DNA of 64,000 nucleotides from an uncultured Pseudomonadota bacterium (GTDB lineage Bacteria; Pseudomonadota; Gammaproteobacteria; Burkholderiales; SG8-39): assembly GCA_903829815.1 (NCBI GenBank), contig CAIKRR010000045.1:71226-135225 (forward strand). Direction: 5' to 3'. Shown one piece after another: positions 30,271 to 40,233 of the stretch (position 1 is its first letter; every line of letters starts with the position of its first letter). The notes beneath the pieces are model-generated. The model did not search any database. It worked only from the letters and a program-made list of their open reading frames with translations, and had not been told where the DNA came from. The position numbers and the translations under genes are program-made.

Positions 30271-31497
30271 TCATCGGGCGCGCATGGCCTCGTCATCGGG
30301 GCCATGCGTGCACAGGTGTCCGAGCAGTCGTTCGAGAAAGGCCTCGCAACGCGCGACCTGCTCGAGCGTGACGAATTCATTCGGTCGATGGGCCTGTTCG
30401 ATATGGCCGGGTCCGCACACGATCGACTGCACATCAGCCGCCTGAAACAGCCCCGCCTCAGTGGCGTAGCCCACACGACCGATCCGGTCGTTGCGCGCCA
30501 GTGCGCGAGCGAGCACCGTGAGCCGATGTGTTTCCTCGATCGACAGGCCGGGGGTATCGGACATCGACTCGAACTCGATCCGTGAGGCCGGCTCCACCTG
30601 GCGCATCTCTGGCACCAGCACCTCCTCTGCATAGTTGCGGATCTGCGATTCGATTCGATCCGGATCGACCCCGGGCAGGTAGCGGAATTCAAAGTCGAAA
30701 CTGCACTCGCGCGGCACGATGTTGGTCGCCGTACCACCCTTGATCGTGCCGGTCTGCAGCGTCGTGAAGGGCACATCGAAACCCGCCTGGAACGGACCGT
30801 TGCTGCGCAACTGGTTGGCCATTGCGCGGATGTGCACGATGAGTTGGGCGGCATATTCGATGGCGTTGACCCCAAGCGGCGTGAGTGCCGAGTGGGCTTC
30901 GCGTCCATGCACCCGACAGCGGAATGCGCGCTTGCCCTTGTGGGCCACCACCACGTCCATGCCGGTGGGTTCGCCGACAATGCAGGCGGCTGGCCGCAAA
31001 GCGCGTGCGGCCATGTCATCGATAAGGCTGCGTACGCCCAGGCAGCCGACTTCTTCGTCATAACTGAGCGCGAAATGCAGCGGTACCTGCAAGGGCGCGG
31101 CGAGCAGGCGCGGGGTCATCGCCAGCGCTGCCGCAATGAAACTCTTCATGTCGGCGGTGCCGCGACCGTGAATACGGTCGCCGATCAGGGTGGCTACAAA
31201 GGGTGAGGTGCTCCAGGCCTGTCCGTCGATCGGCACTACATCGGTATGGCCGGAAAGGATCACCCCGCCGCTGCGTGTGCGGCCCGGATGTTCGGGGTCG
31301 ACGGTGGCCAGCAGATTGGCCTTCATGCCCGAACGGTCGTAGGTGAGATGGCAGGGGACGCCCTGACGGTTGAGCCAGTCGCGTACCCACTCGATGAGGC
31401 CCAGATTGGACTCGCGGCTCGTGGTGTCGAAGCCCACGAGTTGCTGGATCATTTCCCAGGTTTCAGGACGGATCGGCAAGGTATCAGGCGATGTCAT
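30271..31497 (-). CDS. M20-family metallo-deacylase (ArgE/acetylornithine deacetylase-like)
   Basis: 408 aa. ArgE-like N-terminus LVGFDTTSRESN, and GHTDVVP and GRGTADMK motifs. Its ATG overlaps the stop of the upstream ABC ATPase by 1 nt. Confidence 0.85.
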   Translation of the reverse strand: MTSPDTLPIRPETWEMIQQLVGFDTTSRESNLGLIEWVRDWLNRQGVPCHLTYDRSGMKANLLATVDPEHPGRTRSGGVILSGHTDVVPIDGQAWSTSPFVATLIGDRIHGRGTADMKSFIAAALAMTPRLLAAPLQVPLHFALSYDEEVGCLGVRSLIDDMAARALRPAACIVGEPTGMDVVVAHKGKRAFRCRVHGREAHSALTPLGVNAIEYAAQLIVHIRAMANQLRSNGPFQAGFDVPFTTLQTGTIKGGTATNIVPRECSFDFEFRYLPGVDPDRIESQIRNYAEEVLVPEMRQVEPASRIEFESMSDTPGLSIEETHRLTVLARALARNDRIGRVGYATEAGLFQAADVQSIVCGPGHIEQAHRPNEFVTLEQVARCEAFLERLLGHLCTHGPDDEAMRAR

Positions 31498-32510
31498 CAG
31501 ACCATGGAGTCCCGGTGGCAGGCCGACAGCTGGCCTGGCGCAACTTCCCGCAACAGGGGCTCGATGATCTTACACTGCGGCCCGGCCCATGGACAACGCA
31601 TGTGCAGGCTGCAACCGGTCAATCGACCCGTGGCCTCACTCGGGGTGCCCAGGGCGCTGGTAGCGGCTGACAGCACTTCAACCTGGCCAGCGGTTCCGGC
31701 GTGGGTGCCGAAGGCTGCCTCGACCAGCGTGCGGGTATACGGGTGGTGGGCCTGTCCGATGAGGACATCGGGCCCGCCGACTTCGACGATTCTGCCCTGA
31801 TACATGACGGCAATGCGATCGGCCAGCAGTCGTACCAGGGCCAGGTCATGGCTGACCAGCACGAGCGACAGGCGGTGGCGTCGACGCAGATCGAGAAGCA
31901 GGTTGACGACCTGGGCCTGGATCGACACATCGAGCGAGGCGGTCGGCTCATCGGCAATGAGTACCTGTGGATGCACGGCCAGTGCGCGTGCCATGATGAC
32001 CCGGCTGCGCTGCCCCCCCGAGAGCTCGCCCGGATAGCGACTGCCCAGACCCGGGTCGAGTCCGACCTGCGCGAGCAGGTCGGCGACGCGTGTCCGGCGC
32101 GATTCGGGGGCAATCAGGCCGTGCACGACGCTCGCTTCGCCGATGCTCGTCTCGACCGTAAGCCGTGGATTGAGCGCCGACTGCGCGTCCTGATGGACCA
32201 GTTGCACGGCAAGGCGTGCATCGCGCTGCGCCGCGCCGCGCAGCGTGCACGTGTCGGCGCCCAGCCACAGCCGCTCGCCGCTGCTGGGCGCCAGGCTGCC
32301 TGCCATCAGGCGGGCGAGTGTCGTCTTGCCCGAGCCTGATTCGCCGACCAGGCCCAGTACCTCCCCTGCGCGAAGCGCCAGGTTCACCTCGCGCACGGCG
32401 TAGACGGCCGCGGTCTCGGATGCGGCGCGCCGGAAGTGCCAGCGGCCGGCATGCGCCTGGAACTGTCGACTCACCTGGCGCAGTTCGATGAGAGCTGGCG
32501 TTGTGTTCAT
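31497..32510 (-). CDS. Peptide/nickel-type ABC transporter ATP-binding protein (DppF/OppF-like)
   Basis: Walker A GESGSGKTT, signature LSGGQRSR and Walker B LIADEPT. Cys-containing oligo_HPY-like tail. ATG 32510 forms an ATGA overlap with the upstream gene. Confidence 0.9.
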   Translation of the reverse strand: MNTTPALIELRQVSRQFQAHAGRWHFRRAASETAAVYAVREVNLALRAGEVLGLVGESGSGKTTLARLMAGSLAPSSGERLWLGADTCTLRGAAQRDARLAVQLVHQDAQSALNPRLTVETSIGEASVVHGLIAPESRRTRVADLLAQVGLDPGLGSRYPGELSGGQRSRVIMARALAVHPQVLIADEPTASLDVSIQAQVVNLLLDLRRRHRLSLVLVSHDLALVRLLADRIAVMYQGRIVEVGGPDVLIGQAHHPYTRTLVEAAFGTHAGTAGQVEVLSAATSALGTPSEATGRLTGCSLHMRCPWAGPQCKIIEPLLREVAPGQLSACHRDSMV

Positions 32511-33490
32511 GGTGTCAAGGGATGGAGGCAGCGAACGCTGCGCGGCATGTCCGTGCCCTCGAGCACAGAGAGTGTCGATGGCGTGCGGGTGCAATCGTCT
32601 CTGACCATCGGGCAGCGCGCTGCAAAACGGCAGCCCGAAGGCCATTGACCGGCACTCGGGGGAGCGCCGGCAATCTGGTTCAGGCGTGTGCCGGCACGCT
32701 GGCGCGCCGGCACGCAATCGAGCAAGGCGCGTGTGTACGGATGGGCCGGTTGTGCGAGGACTGCGCCGGCCGGGCCCTGCTCGACCACCTGGCCGGCGTA
32801 CATCACGCAGACTGTGTCGGCGATGCGCTCCACCACGCCAAGGTCGTGGGTGATCCAGACAAAGGCGGTTCCCGAATCACGGGCCAGTCGGCGCACCTCG
32901 CGCAGGATTTCACCCTGAACGGTGACATCGAGGGCGGTGGTGGCCTCATCGGCCACGATGACTGCCGGATCATTGACCAGCGCCATGGCAATCACCACCC
33001 GTTGGCGCAGGCCTCCCGAGAGTTCATGCGGCCACGATTGCAAGCGCCGTGCAGGCTCGGGGACACCGGCTCGGGCCAGCGCAAGGCGTGAGCGTTCGCG
33101 GGCCTCCTCGTACCCCATCGGTCGATGCGCGCGAATGGTCTCGATGAGGTGGGTCTGGACGCGCTGCACGGGATTCAAGGCGGTCATGGGGTCCTGCAGC
33201 ACGATGGCGATGCGCGAACCCCGCAAGCGCCGCAATGCGGCCGGCGCCAGACCCAGCAGTTCGACCCCTTCGAGTCGAATCGAACCCGAACGTATCGTTA
33301 CCGGCGGTTGGTGAAGCCCAGGCAAGGCCAGTGCCGTGAGCGACTTGCCTGAGCCCGATTCGCCGACGATGGCGAGCACCTGCCCGGCCGCTACTGTGAA
33401 CGAGACGCCCTCCACCGCATCGATCGTGGGTGCGCCATCGCGGCGGATTCCGATGCGAAGGTCACTGACCGCAAGCGCAGGTGTGTTCAT
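32507..33490 (-). CDS. Peptide/nickel-type ABC transporter ATP-binding protein (DppD/OppD-like)
   Basis: Walker A GESGSGKS, signature LSGGLRQR and Walker B VADEATTALD. ATG 33490 overlaps the upstream permease stop. Confidence 0.9.
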   Translation of the reverse strand: MNTPALAVSDLRIGIRRDGAPTIDAVEGVSFTVAAGQVLAIVGESGSGKSLTALALPGLHQPPVTIRSGSIRLEGVELLGLAPAALRRLRGSRIAIVLQDPMTALNPVQRVQTHLIETIRAHRPMGYEEARERSRLALARAGVPEPARRLQSWPHELSGGLRQRVVIAMALVNDPAVIVADEATTALDVTVQGEILREVRRLARDSGTAFVWITHDLGVVERIADTVCVMYAGQVVEQGPAGAVLAQPAHPYTRALLDCVPARQRAGTRLNQIAGAPPSAGQWPSGCRFAARCPMVRDDCTRTPSTLSVLEGTDMPRSVRCLHPLTP

Positions 33491-34407
33491 CGGCGCGACA
33501 CGCCTCCGGCGACCGCACGCCCGAATTGCTCGCCGGTGTGCTGGATGACCACGATGGTAGCCAGCAGCACGAGGCCCGGCCACAGGCTCATCCAGTACTG
33601 TCCGGCAAAGACGTATTGCGCGCCGTTGGCGATCAGCAACCCGAGCGAGGGGCGTGTCACCGGCACCCCCAGGCCGAGAAACGACAGCGTTGCCTCAAGC
33701 GATATGGCCGCTGCCATCTGTGCTGTTGCCAGTACCACTACGGGTGCAAGGCAGTTGGGCAACAGGTGACCGATGAGGATCCGCCAGGCGGGCAGGGCCA
33801 GGCCGCGCGCCGCTGCAATGTAGTCGCGGCGCAGTTCGGTCGCAGCCGTGGATCGGACGGTTCGCGCGTGGTACGCCCATTGCGAAACTGCAATGGCGAT
33901 GATGACCTTGTCGGGCCCTTGACCGAGGGCGGCAATCAGCATCAGCGCCACCAGGATGGTGGGAAACGAAAGCTGCAGGTCGACCACCCGCATGATGAGC
34001 GCCTCGAGGCGTCCGCCGCGCCAGGCGGCACCCAGACCGGCTGCGAGCCCGACGGCCAGAGCGAGTGCTGTTCCCGCACCAGCCACGCCCAGCGAGACGC
34101 GCAGTCCGTACAGGATGGCCGACAGCATGTCGCGTCCCTGATCGTCGCTGCCCAGCAGATGCAGCGTGCCGTCCTCATCGCGGGTCAGCGGGGCCAGCCG
34201 TGCATGGTCCAGTCGCAGGCTTGCCAGATCATAGGGGTCTTGGGGCGCGAGCCAGGGCGCAGCGATTGCTGCGCCCAGCAACACACCCGCCACGATGGCG
34301 ATCGTGAGGCCGGACGCGTAGCCGGGCGAGCCCGCACGGTGCCCGGTGCCCGACCGGCCCGGTGTGCCCGAGGCAACGAGCGTCCCCGACCTGCCGTAGC
34401 GGCTCAT
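33487..34407 (-). CDS. ABC transporter permease (DppC/OppC-like)
   Basis: BPD-transport membrane domain. ATG 34407 (MSRYGRSG) forms an ATGA overlap with the upstream permease. Confidence 0.88.
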   Translation of the reverse strand: MSRYGRSGTLVASGTPGRSGTGHRAGSPGYASGLTIAIVAGVLLGAAIAAPWLAPQDPYDLASLRLDHARLAPLTRDEDGTLHLLGSDDQGRDMLSAILYGLRVSLGVAGAGTALALAVGLAAGLGAAWRGGRLEALIMRVVDLQLSFPTILVALMLIAALGQGPDKVIIAIAVSQWAYHARTVRSTAATELRRDYIAAARGLALPAWRILIGHLLPNCLAPVVVLATAQMAAAISLEATLSFLGLGVPVTRPSLGLLIANGAQYVFAGQYWMSLWPGLVLLATIVVIQHTGEQFGRAVAGGVSRR

Positions 34408-35378
34408 CGGTTCGGTGCCTGTCGCAAGCGTGGATCGATCGCCAGGCAGACGACATCCACGGTCAGGTTGATCAGGGTAAAGAGCGCCACCGTCAGCAGC
34501 AGGTAGGCCACGATGACTGGGCGGTCGAGCGTGTTGATGGCGTCGATCAGCAGTCGGCCCATGCCCGGCCAGGCAAACACCGTTTCGGTGACGACCGAAA
34601 ACGCCACCAGTGCACCGAACTCCAGCCCGATCACGTTGAGCAGCGGCGCGCTGATGTTCTTCAGGACATGCGCAGTGAGGATGCGCACGCCGGAGAGCCC
34701 GCGTGCGTGCGCCTGGCGAACGTGGTCCAGGCGCAGCGTGTCGCGCGTGGCTGCATGGGTGACCCGGATGATGAGCGCAAGCTTGAAGAGGGCAAGGCTG
34801 CAGGCGGGCATCGCCAGGTGGGCAAGACCACGCCATGAGCCAAAGCTGGTGCCCAACCCGAATACCGTGCCGCTCGCGTCACGACCGCCCGAGGGCAGCC
34901 ACTCGAGTTGCACGGAAAAGACCATGACCAGCAGCAGCGCGATCCAGAACGTGGGCATCGCGAATCCCAGGGTGGCCAGGCCCAAGGTCAGCCGGCTTGT
35001 TCGGCTCCCCTCATGCAACGCGCTGAGGAGCCCCAGCGGGATCCCCAGACCTGTTGCGATGAGCGCTGCGGCGATCGCCAGTTCGAGCGTAGCCGGCATC
35101 CGCTCCAGTATCACGGTGAGTGCCGGGGCGTTCGAGGTAAAGGACCGGCCCATGTCACCCTGCAGGGCCTGGCCGAGAAAGTGCAGGTACTGCAGCGGCA
35201 GCGGCTGATCGAGGCCGAGCGCCTGTGCGGCCCGGGCCATCTCGGATTCACTGGCCTGGGGTGGCACCAGCAGTTCGATCGGGTTGCCGATCAGATAGAC
35301 CGCAACGAAGACCAGGATTGACATGGCGAGCAGGGTGACCAGACTCTGCACGATTCGGACGAGGGCGCTGTAGCCCAT
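34404..35378 (-). CDS. ABC transporter permease (DppB/OppB-like)
   Basis: N-terminus MGYSALVRIVQSLVTLLAMSILVFV, typical of DppB. GGAGG lies 10 nt before ATG 35378; an alternative ATG is at 35387. Confidence 0.88.
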   Translation of the reverse strand: MGYSALVRIVQSLVTLLAMSILVFVAVYLIGNPIELLVPPQASESEMARAAQALGLDQPLPLQYLHFLGQALQGDMGRSFTSNAPALTVILERMPATLELAIAAALIATGLGIPLGLLSALHEGSRTSRLTLGLATLGFAMPTFWIALLLVMVFSVQLEWLPSGGRDASGTVFGLGTSFGSWRGLAHLAMPACSLALFKLALIIRVTHAATRDTLRLDHVRQAHARGLSGVRILTAHVLKNISAPLLNVIGLEFGALVAFSVVTETVFAWPGMGRLLIDAINTLDRPVIVAYLLLTVALFTLINLTVDVVCLAIDPRLRQAPNR

Positions 35379-35504
35379 GGATGGCATGCCTCCGCAAGTC
35401 GATCCGATGACAGTATAGCGATCGCTCCTGATCGAGCGTGTTCGGTTCGGTACCCGCGCTGCCATGGACTCAGGGCAGGGGCAGGCGCAAGGGGCCGGCC
35501 GCAT

Positions 35505-37151
35505 TCATCGCGGCAGTGCGGCATGGCGCACGTGGTGTCCCAGCGTGAATTCGTCGGTCCGTGCCTCGTAACTCAACGAGCGTGTCATGGCCCAGGAGGC
35601 CATCGTGTGGTGGAGCGGGATCACGGCAACATCGTCCATCGCCTGGCGCATGGCCGCTCGCACCATCGCCTCGCGCCGCGCGAGATCGATCTCGCCGAAA
35701 GCGGTTTCGAGCAGTCGGTCGACCTTGGCCGAACTGTAGTACGACCAGTTCCAGCCGCCGTTGCCCCGTGCCGGATCGCGGGTGGCGAGCAGCGAGCGCA
35801 GGGCGAGGTCGCCTGAAAACGATCCCCAGCCCAGCAGCGCCAGTGCGAACTCGCCGCGCCGTGCTCGCGGCAGGTAGACATTGACCGGCAGCGTGACCAG
35901 CCTGACACGCACCCCGATCCGCGCAAACATCGCCGCCACGGCCTGGGCGATGCGGGCATCGCCCGGATAGCGGTTGTTGGGTGCGGCGACGGTGAGGTCG
36001 AACCCTGCCGGGAAGCCTGCCTGGGCCAGCAGCGCGCGTGCGCGCGCTGGGTCAAATACCGGCGTGGGCAGCGTGTCGTCATGTCCGAACACGCCCGGAG
36101 AGACCAGATTGCTGGCAGGCAGACCAGCCCCGTCAAGCAATCGGTCGACGATGGCGCGCCGGTCGATGGCCATCGACAAGGCCTGACGTACGCTCGGGTT
36201 GGCCAGCGGGTAGTCCTTGGCTGCGGCTTTCTCGGGTACCCGTTCATCGGCATGAAAGAAGAGCGTCCGCCACGATACGGCCTGCGCGACCGAGTAGCGT
36301 GCGTTGCCGCGCAGTCGGACCAGATCAGCACCGGGTACCGACTCGATGAGGTCGACGTCACCGCCCAGCAGTGCTGCCATGCGCGAGCGCTCTGCGCTGT
36401 AGACCTTCAGTTCCAGCGTCTGCCACTGGGGAGGCTCGCCGCGGTAATCGTCATTACGTTCGAGTTCGACACCTTCGCCACGACTGAATCGTCGCAAGCG
36501 CCACGGGCCGGTTCCGATCGCGGCCTCGCCCCGGTCGAAGGCATCGCTCGAGGCCATCGCGTTGCGGTGGGAAATGATGAAGATCGAGTCGAGGTCCAGG
36601 GGCAGTGCCGCGTAAGGGGTCGAGGTGCTGATGCGAAGCGTGTGCGGGTCGATGATGCGCAGTGCGCTGATCCGTTGCACGAACGATCCGAATTGCCCAT
36701 TGGGCAGTCGCCGGGCACGCTCGATCGAAGCCACTACGTCGATTGCCTCGAACGGGCTGCCATCGTGAAATCGGACGCCGTGGCGCAGGCGAAACTCCCA
36801 CTCGGTCGCGCCGATGGCTTGCCAGGATTCGGCGAGTCCCGGAATCAGCCGCGCGCGTGCATCGATATGAGTCAGCGCCTCGAACAGGTGCCAGGCCAGC
36901 GCATTGTTCGGCGCAATGTTCACCGCGTGTGGGTCCAGAGTAGTGGGTTCGGCAGCGAGCCCGATGCGCAAGGCTGGCGCAGGCCGGGTCGCGGCGCTGT
37001 CGGCCTCGGCGTCAGCTACCCCGAGTGCGGTGAGGACCGCCAGGACCAGGCCTACCATCAGGCGCAACCCGGCGCTGCGGCCTGGCAGGCGCGCGCTTGT
37101 GGGCGAGCACATCATTCGGACGCCGGCGCCCTGTCGAGGATCAATCGTCAT
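35505..37151 (-). CDS. ABC transporter substrate-binding protein, family 5 (DppA/OppA-like)
   Basis: About 540 aa. Signal peptide LRLMVGLVLAVLTALGVADA, and family-5 SBP-like sequence along its length. Start ambiguous: ATG 37151, 37115 or 37112. Confidence 0.88.
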   Translation of the reverse strand: MTIDPRQGAGVRMMCSPTSARLPGRSAGLRLMVGLVLAVLTALGVADAEADSAATRPAPALRIGLAAEPTTLDPHAVNIAPNNALAWHLFEALTHIDARARLIPGLAESWQAIGATEWEFRLRHGVRFHDGSPFEAIDVVASIERARRLPNGQFGSFVQRISALRIIDPHTLRISTSTPYAALPLDLDSIFIISHRNAMASSDAFDRGEAAIGTGPWRLRRFSRGEGVELERNDDYRGEPPQWQTLELKVYSAERSRMAALLGGDVDLIESVPGADLVRLRGNARYSVAQAVSWRTLFFHADERVPEKAAAKDYPLANPSVRQALSMAIDRRAIVDRLLDGAGLPASNLVSPGVFGHDDTLPTPVFDPARARALLAQAGFPAGFDLTVAAPNNRYPGDARIAQAVAAMFARIGVRVRLVTLPVNVYLPRARRGEFALALLGWGSFSGDLALRSLLATRDPARGNGGWNWSYYSSAKVDRLLETAFGEIDLARREAMVRAAMRQAMDDVAVIPLHHTMASWAMTRSLSYEARTDEFTLGHHVRHAALPR

Positions 37152-37197
37152 AGAATGGCAGACCTTATTGCGCGGCAGCAGTCGCAGGATTCCCGTC

Positions 37198-38328
37198 ATG
37201 AGCCTCAGCAGCATTCCGGACTTGCTGGCCGATTTCAAGGCCGGCAAAATGGTCATTCTCGTTGACGAGGAAGACCGCGAAAACGAGGGCGACCTTGTGG
37301 TTGCCGCCCAACATGTCACGCCTGAAATCATCAATTTCATGGCGCGTCATGCGCGTGGGCTCATCTGCCTCACGCTCACTGAGGAGCATTGCCGGCAGAT
37401 CAATCTGCCCTTGATGGTACGCGACAACCGTTCGCCTCATGGCACCAACTTCACCCTGTCGATCGAGGCGGCCAGCGGGGTCACGACCGGCATCTCGGCG
37501 CAGGATCGAGCGCGTACGGTGCTGGTAGCCGCTGCACCCGATGCCCGTCCCGAGGACATCGTGCAGCCGGGCCACATCTTCCCGCTGATGGCGCAGAGCG
37601 GCGGGGTGCTGATGCGTGCAGGCCACACCGAGGCGGGCTGCGACCTGGCTCAGCTTGCCGGGCTCTCCCCCGCTGCCGTCATCTGCGAGGTTCTGAAGGA
37701 AGACGGCACCATGGCGCGCCTGCCCGATCTGGAGATCTTTGCGAGCGAGCACGGACTGAAGATCGGCACCATCGCCGATCTCATCCATTTTCGCAGCGAG
37801 AACGAGAGTCTGATCCGGCGCGTGACCGAGCGCGAGATCGAGACGGCCCAAGGCCGATTCCGTCTGGTGGTCTACCTCGAAAAACTCTCCGGTGCGATGC
37901 ATCTGGCCCTCGTGCTGGGCGATCCGTCGGCAGATGACATCTCGCTGGTGCGAGTGCATGAGCCGCTCTCGCTGGTCGACCTGCTCGAAACCGGTTTCAG
38001 CACCCACACCTGGAGCATCCCGTCGGCGCTTGCCCGCATCGCCGCCAATGGCAGCGGTGTTCTGGTGATGCTCAACTGCGAACAGGGTGCTGTCGACCTG
38101 ATCGAGCGAGTTGCCTCGAGTCAGCCGCGTCGACCTCCGGTCAAGATGGATCTGCTCTCCTATGGGATCGGCGCGCAGATCCTGCGTGACCTGGGCGTGC
38201 GCCGCATGAACCTGATGACCCAGCCGCGCAAGATTCCGAGCATGGCTGGCTGGCAACTCGAAGTACTTGATTTCATTGCGCCCGACGCACCCGCACCGGT
38301 CCCCGCACCCGGAGTCCGACCCTCATGA
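37198..38328 (+). CDS. ribB: 3,4-dihydroxy-2-butanone-4-phosphate synthase fused to a degenerate GTP cyclohydrolase II-like domain (RibBX type)
   Basis: N-terminal domain [18 protein letters not shown]. The C-terminal domain has [12 protein letters not shown] where RibA has RVHSECLTGD, and it has no CDCG. Confidence 0.9.
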   Translation: MSLSSIPDLLADFKAGKMVILVDEEDRENEGDLVVAAQHVTPEIINFMARHARGLICLTLTEEHCRQINLPLMVRDNRSPHGTNFTLSIEAASGVTTGISAQDRARTVLVAAAPDARPEDIVQPGHIFPLMAQSGGVLMRAGHTEAGCDLAQLAGLSPAAVICEVLKEDGTMARLPDLEIFASEHGLKIGTIADLIHFRSENESLIRRVTEREIETAQGRFRLVVYLEKLSGAMHLALVLGDPSADDISLVRVHEPLSLVDLLETGFSTHTWSIPSALARIAANGSGVLVMLNCEQGAVDLIERVASSQPRRPPVKMDLLSYGIGAQILRDLGVRRMNLMTQPRKIPSMAGWQLEVLDFIAPDAPAPVPAPGVRPS

Positions 38329-38789
38329 AAGCCCTCAGGCGTTCGCTCGATGGCAAGGGCCTGGCCATCGCCATTGTCTGGTCACGATTCAACGAGCCGG
38401 TGGTTCAAGCCGAACTCGACGCCTGCCTTGCGCGCCTGGCCGAACTCGGGGTTGCCGAGGACTCGATCACGGTGGCATCGGTTCCCGGCGCGCTCGAGAT
38501 CCCGCTCGTGCTGCAGCGGCTGGCCGCGACCCGGTCCTTTGATGCCCTGATTGCCCTGGGTGCCGTGATCAAGGGTGAGACCTACCACTTCGAGCTCGTG
38601 TCCAATGAGGCCGGCGCTGGTATCACCCGTGTGGTCCTCGATACCGGTGTGCCAGTGGCCAATGGCCTGCTCACGACCTATACCGACGAACAGGCTCAGG
38701 TGCGCGCCACACCCAAGGGCCGCGATTGTGCCGAGGCGGCCGTCGAGGCCGCCCGACTGCTGGGGCAGATCGGATCGTCGGCTCGATGA
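38325..38789 (+). CDS. ribH: 6,7-dimethyl-8-ribityllumazine synthase
   Basis: [30 protein letters not shown] motifs. ATGA overlap with ribBX. Confidence 0.95.
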   Translation: MKALRRSLDGKGLAIAIVWSRFNEPVVQAELDACLARLAELGVAEDSITVASVPGALEIPLVLQRLAATRSFDALIALGAVIKGETYHFELVSNEAGAGITRVVLDTGVPVANGLLTTYTDEQAQVRATPKGRDCAEAAVEAARLLGQIGSSAR

Positions 38790-39286
38790 CCGATTCTGGC
38801 GAAGCCGGGCCGCGTAGCCGTGCCGGGCAGAGCGCTTCGGCGCCTGCCAGGCGCCGCTCCGGGCGGCGTCGTGCGCGCGAGTATGCGATCCAGGGGCTGT
38901 ATCAGTGGCTGGTGGCCGGTGGCAGCATCCAGGATATTGCCGCTCACGTGTCGGCCGATGCGGAGTTTGTCCGCGCCGACGCCGAGCTCTTTCATCGCTT
39001 GCTGGCGGGCACCATAGGGGCTGCCCCCGCGCTCGACGAGATCATCGCCGCGCACGTCGACCGGCCGCTGGCAGAACTGGCACCGGTCGAGCACGGCGTG
39101 CTGTTGCTTGCCAGTCATGAGCTGCAATCGCATCCGGCCACGCCTTGGCGGGTCATCGTCAACGAGGCCATCGACCTTGCGCGCGAGTTTGGCGGCACCG
39201 ATGGCCACAAGTTCGTGAACGGGGTGCTCGAGCGGCTTGCCGCGACCGTGCGCCCCGATGAGGCATGCCGGGCGAATTCGAACTGA
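38786..39286 (+). CDS. nusB: Transcription antitermination factor NusB
   Basis: [15 protein letters not shown] motif after a basic N-terminal extension. ATG 38786 overlaps the ribH stop. Confidence 0.93.
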   Translation: MTDSGEAGPRSRAGQSASAPARRRSGRRRAREYAIQGLYQWLVAGGSIQDIAAHVSADAEFVRADAELFHRLLAGTIGAAPALDEIIAAHVDRPLAELAPVEHGVLLLASHELQSHPATPWRVIVNEAIDLAREFGGTDGHKFVNGVLERLAATVRPDEACRANSN

Positions 39287-40233
39287 TTGCGCGCTACTTC
39301 ACCCGTGCGTCGCGTACCGCGGCGCTCGGCGTGGGGGACGACTGTGCGCTGATTCGTCAGCCTGACGGTCTTGCCCTGGCGGTCACGACCGACATGCTGG
39401 TTGAGTCGGTGCATTTCTTTCCCGAGGTCGATCCGGAGAGCCTGGGTCACAAGACTCTTGCGGTCAATCTGTCCGATCTGGCTGCGATGGGCGCCGAACC
39501 GCGCTGGGCCACGTTGGCGCTGTCGCTGCCCTCAATCGACGATGACTGGCTGGCCGCGTTTTCGCGCGGCCTCTTTGCTCTGGCTGATCAGGAGGGGGTC
39601 GAACTCATCGGTGGCGACACGACGCGCGGACCGCTCACCCTGTGCATGACACTGCTCGGTCTGTCGCCCCCCGGACTTGCCTTGCGTCGCGACGGGGCCT
39701 GCCCGGGCGATGACCTCTGGGTGTCGGGTGCCACCGGGGAGGCCGCCCTGGCGGTTGCGCACCGACGCGGCACTCTGGCGCTGGCGCCGGCCGATCTGGC
39801 AGTCTGTGCGCGCAGGCTCGATTGGCCGCAACCGCGCATTGCGCTGGGCAAGGCCTTGCGCGGGGTTGCCTCGAGCGCGATCGATATCTCGGATGGTCTG
39901 GTGCAAGACCTGGGGCATATCTGCGAGCGCTCGCGGGTGGCGGCCGAACTGCACTGGGCGTCGTTGCCGCAAACCCTGGCGGTTCGAGCGGCCGGTGATG
40001 CGGGTCGTGCGGCGCTCCTTGGCGGTGGCGATGACTACGAACTGCTCTTTGCCGCAGCGCCCGATCAGCGCGAGCGCATCGAGCGCATCGGACTTGCCTG
40101 CAACATGCCGCTCGCGCGCATCGGCCGCATCGTGCCGGCCGCCGATGTCATCGAAACCGGCCGTGTCAGGCTTCTCGACCCGGATGGCGCCACCATCGAT
40201 ATTGCGAGCGGCGGCTTTGACCACTTTGAATGA
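39265..40233 (+). CDS. thiL: Thiamine-monophosphate kinase
   Basis: [13 protein letters not shown]-terminus and AIR-synthase-like GDDCAL..TTDMLVESVHF. Confidence 0.93.
   Translation: MPGEFELIARYFTRASRTAALGVGDDCALIRQPDGLALAVTTDMLVESVHFFPEVDPESLGHKTLAVNLSDLAAMGAEPRWATLALSLPSIDDDWLAAFSRGLFALADQEGVELIGGDTTRGPLTLCMTLLGLSPPGLALRRDGACPGDDLWVSGATGEAALAVAHRRGTLALAPADLAVCARRLDWPQPRIALGKALRGVASSAIDISDGLVQDLGHICERSRVAAELHWASLPQTLAVRAAGDAGRAALLGGGDDYELLFAAAPDQRERIERIGLACNMPLARIGRIVPAADVIETGRVRLLDPDGATIDIASGGFDHFE

Noticed and set aside
37152-37197. Looked for an FMN (RFN) riboswitch upstream of ribBX, and for other riboswitches before thiL, cysD and nupC.
   Set aside because: The ribBX upstream spacer is only 46 nt and is shared with a divergent gene, which is too short for an RFN element. 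The other genes are overlap-coupled or have short spacers with no conserved riboswitch cores that I could recognise.
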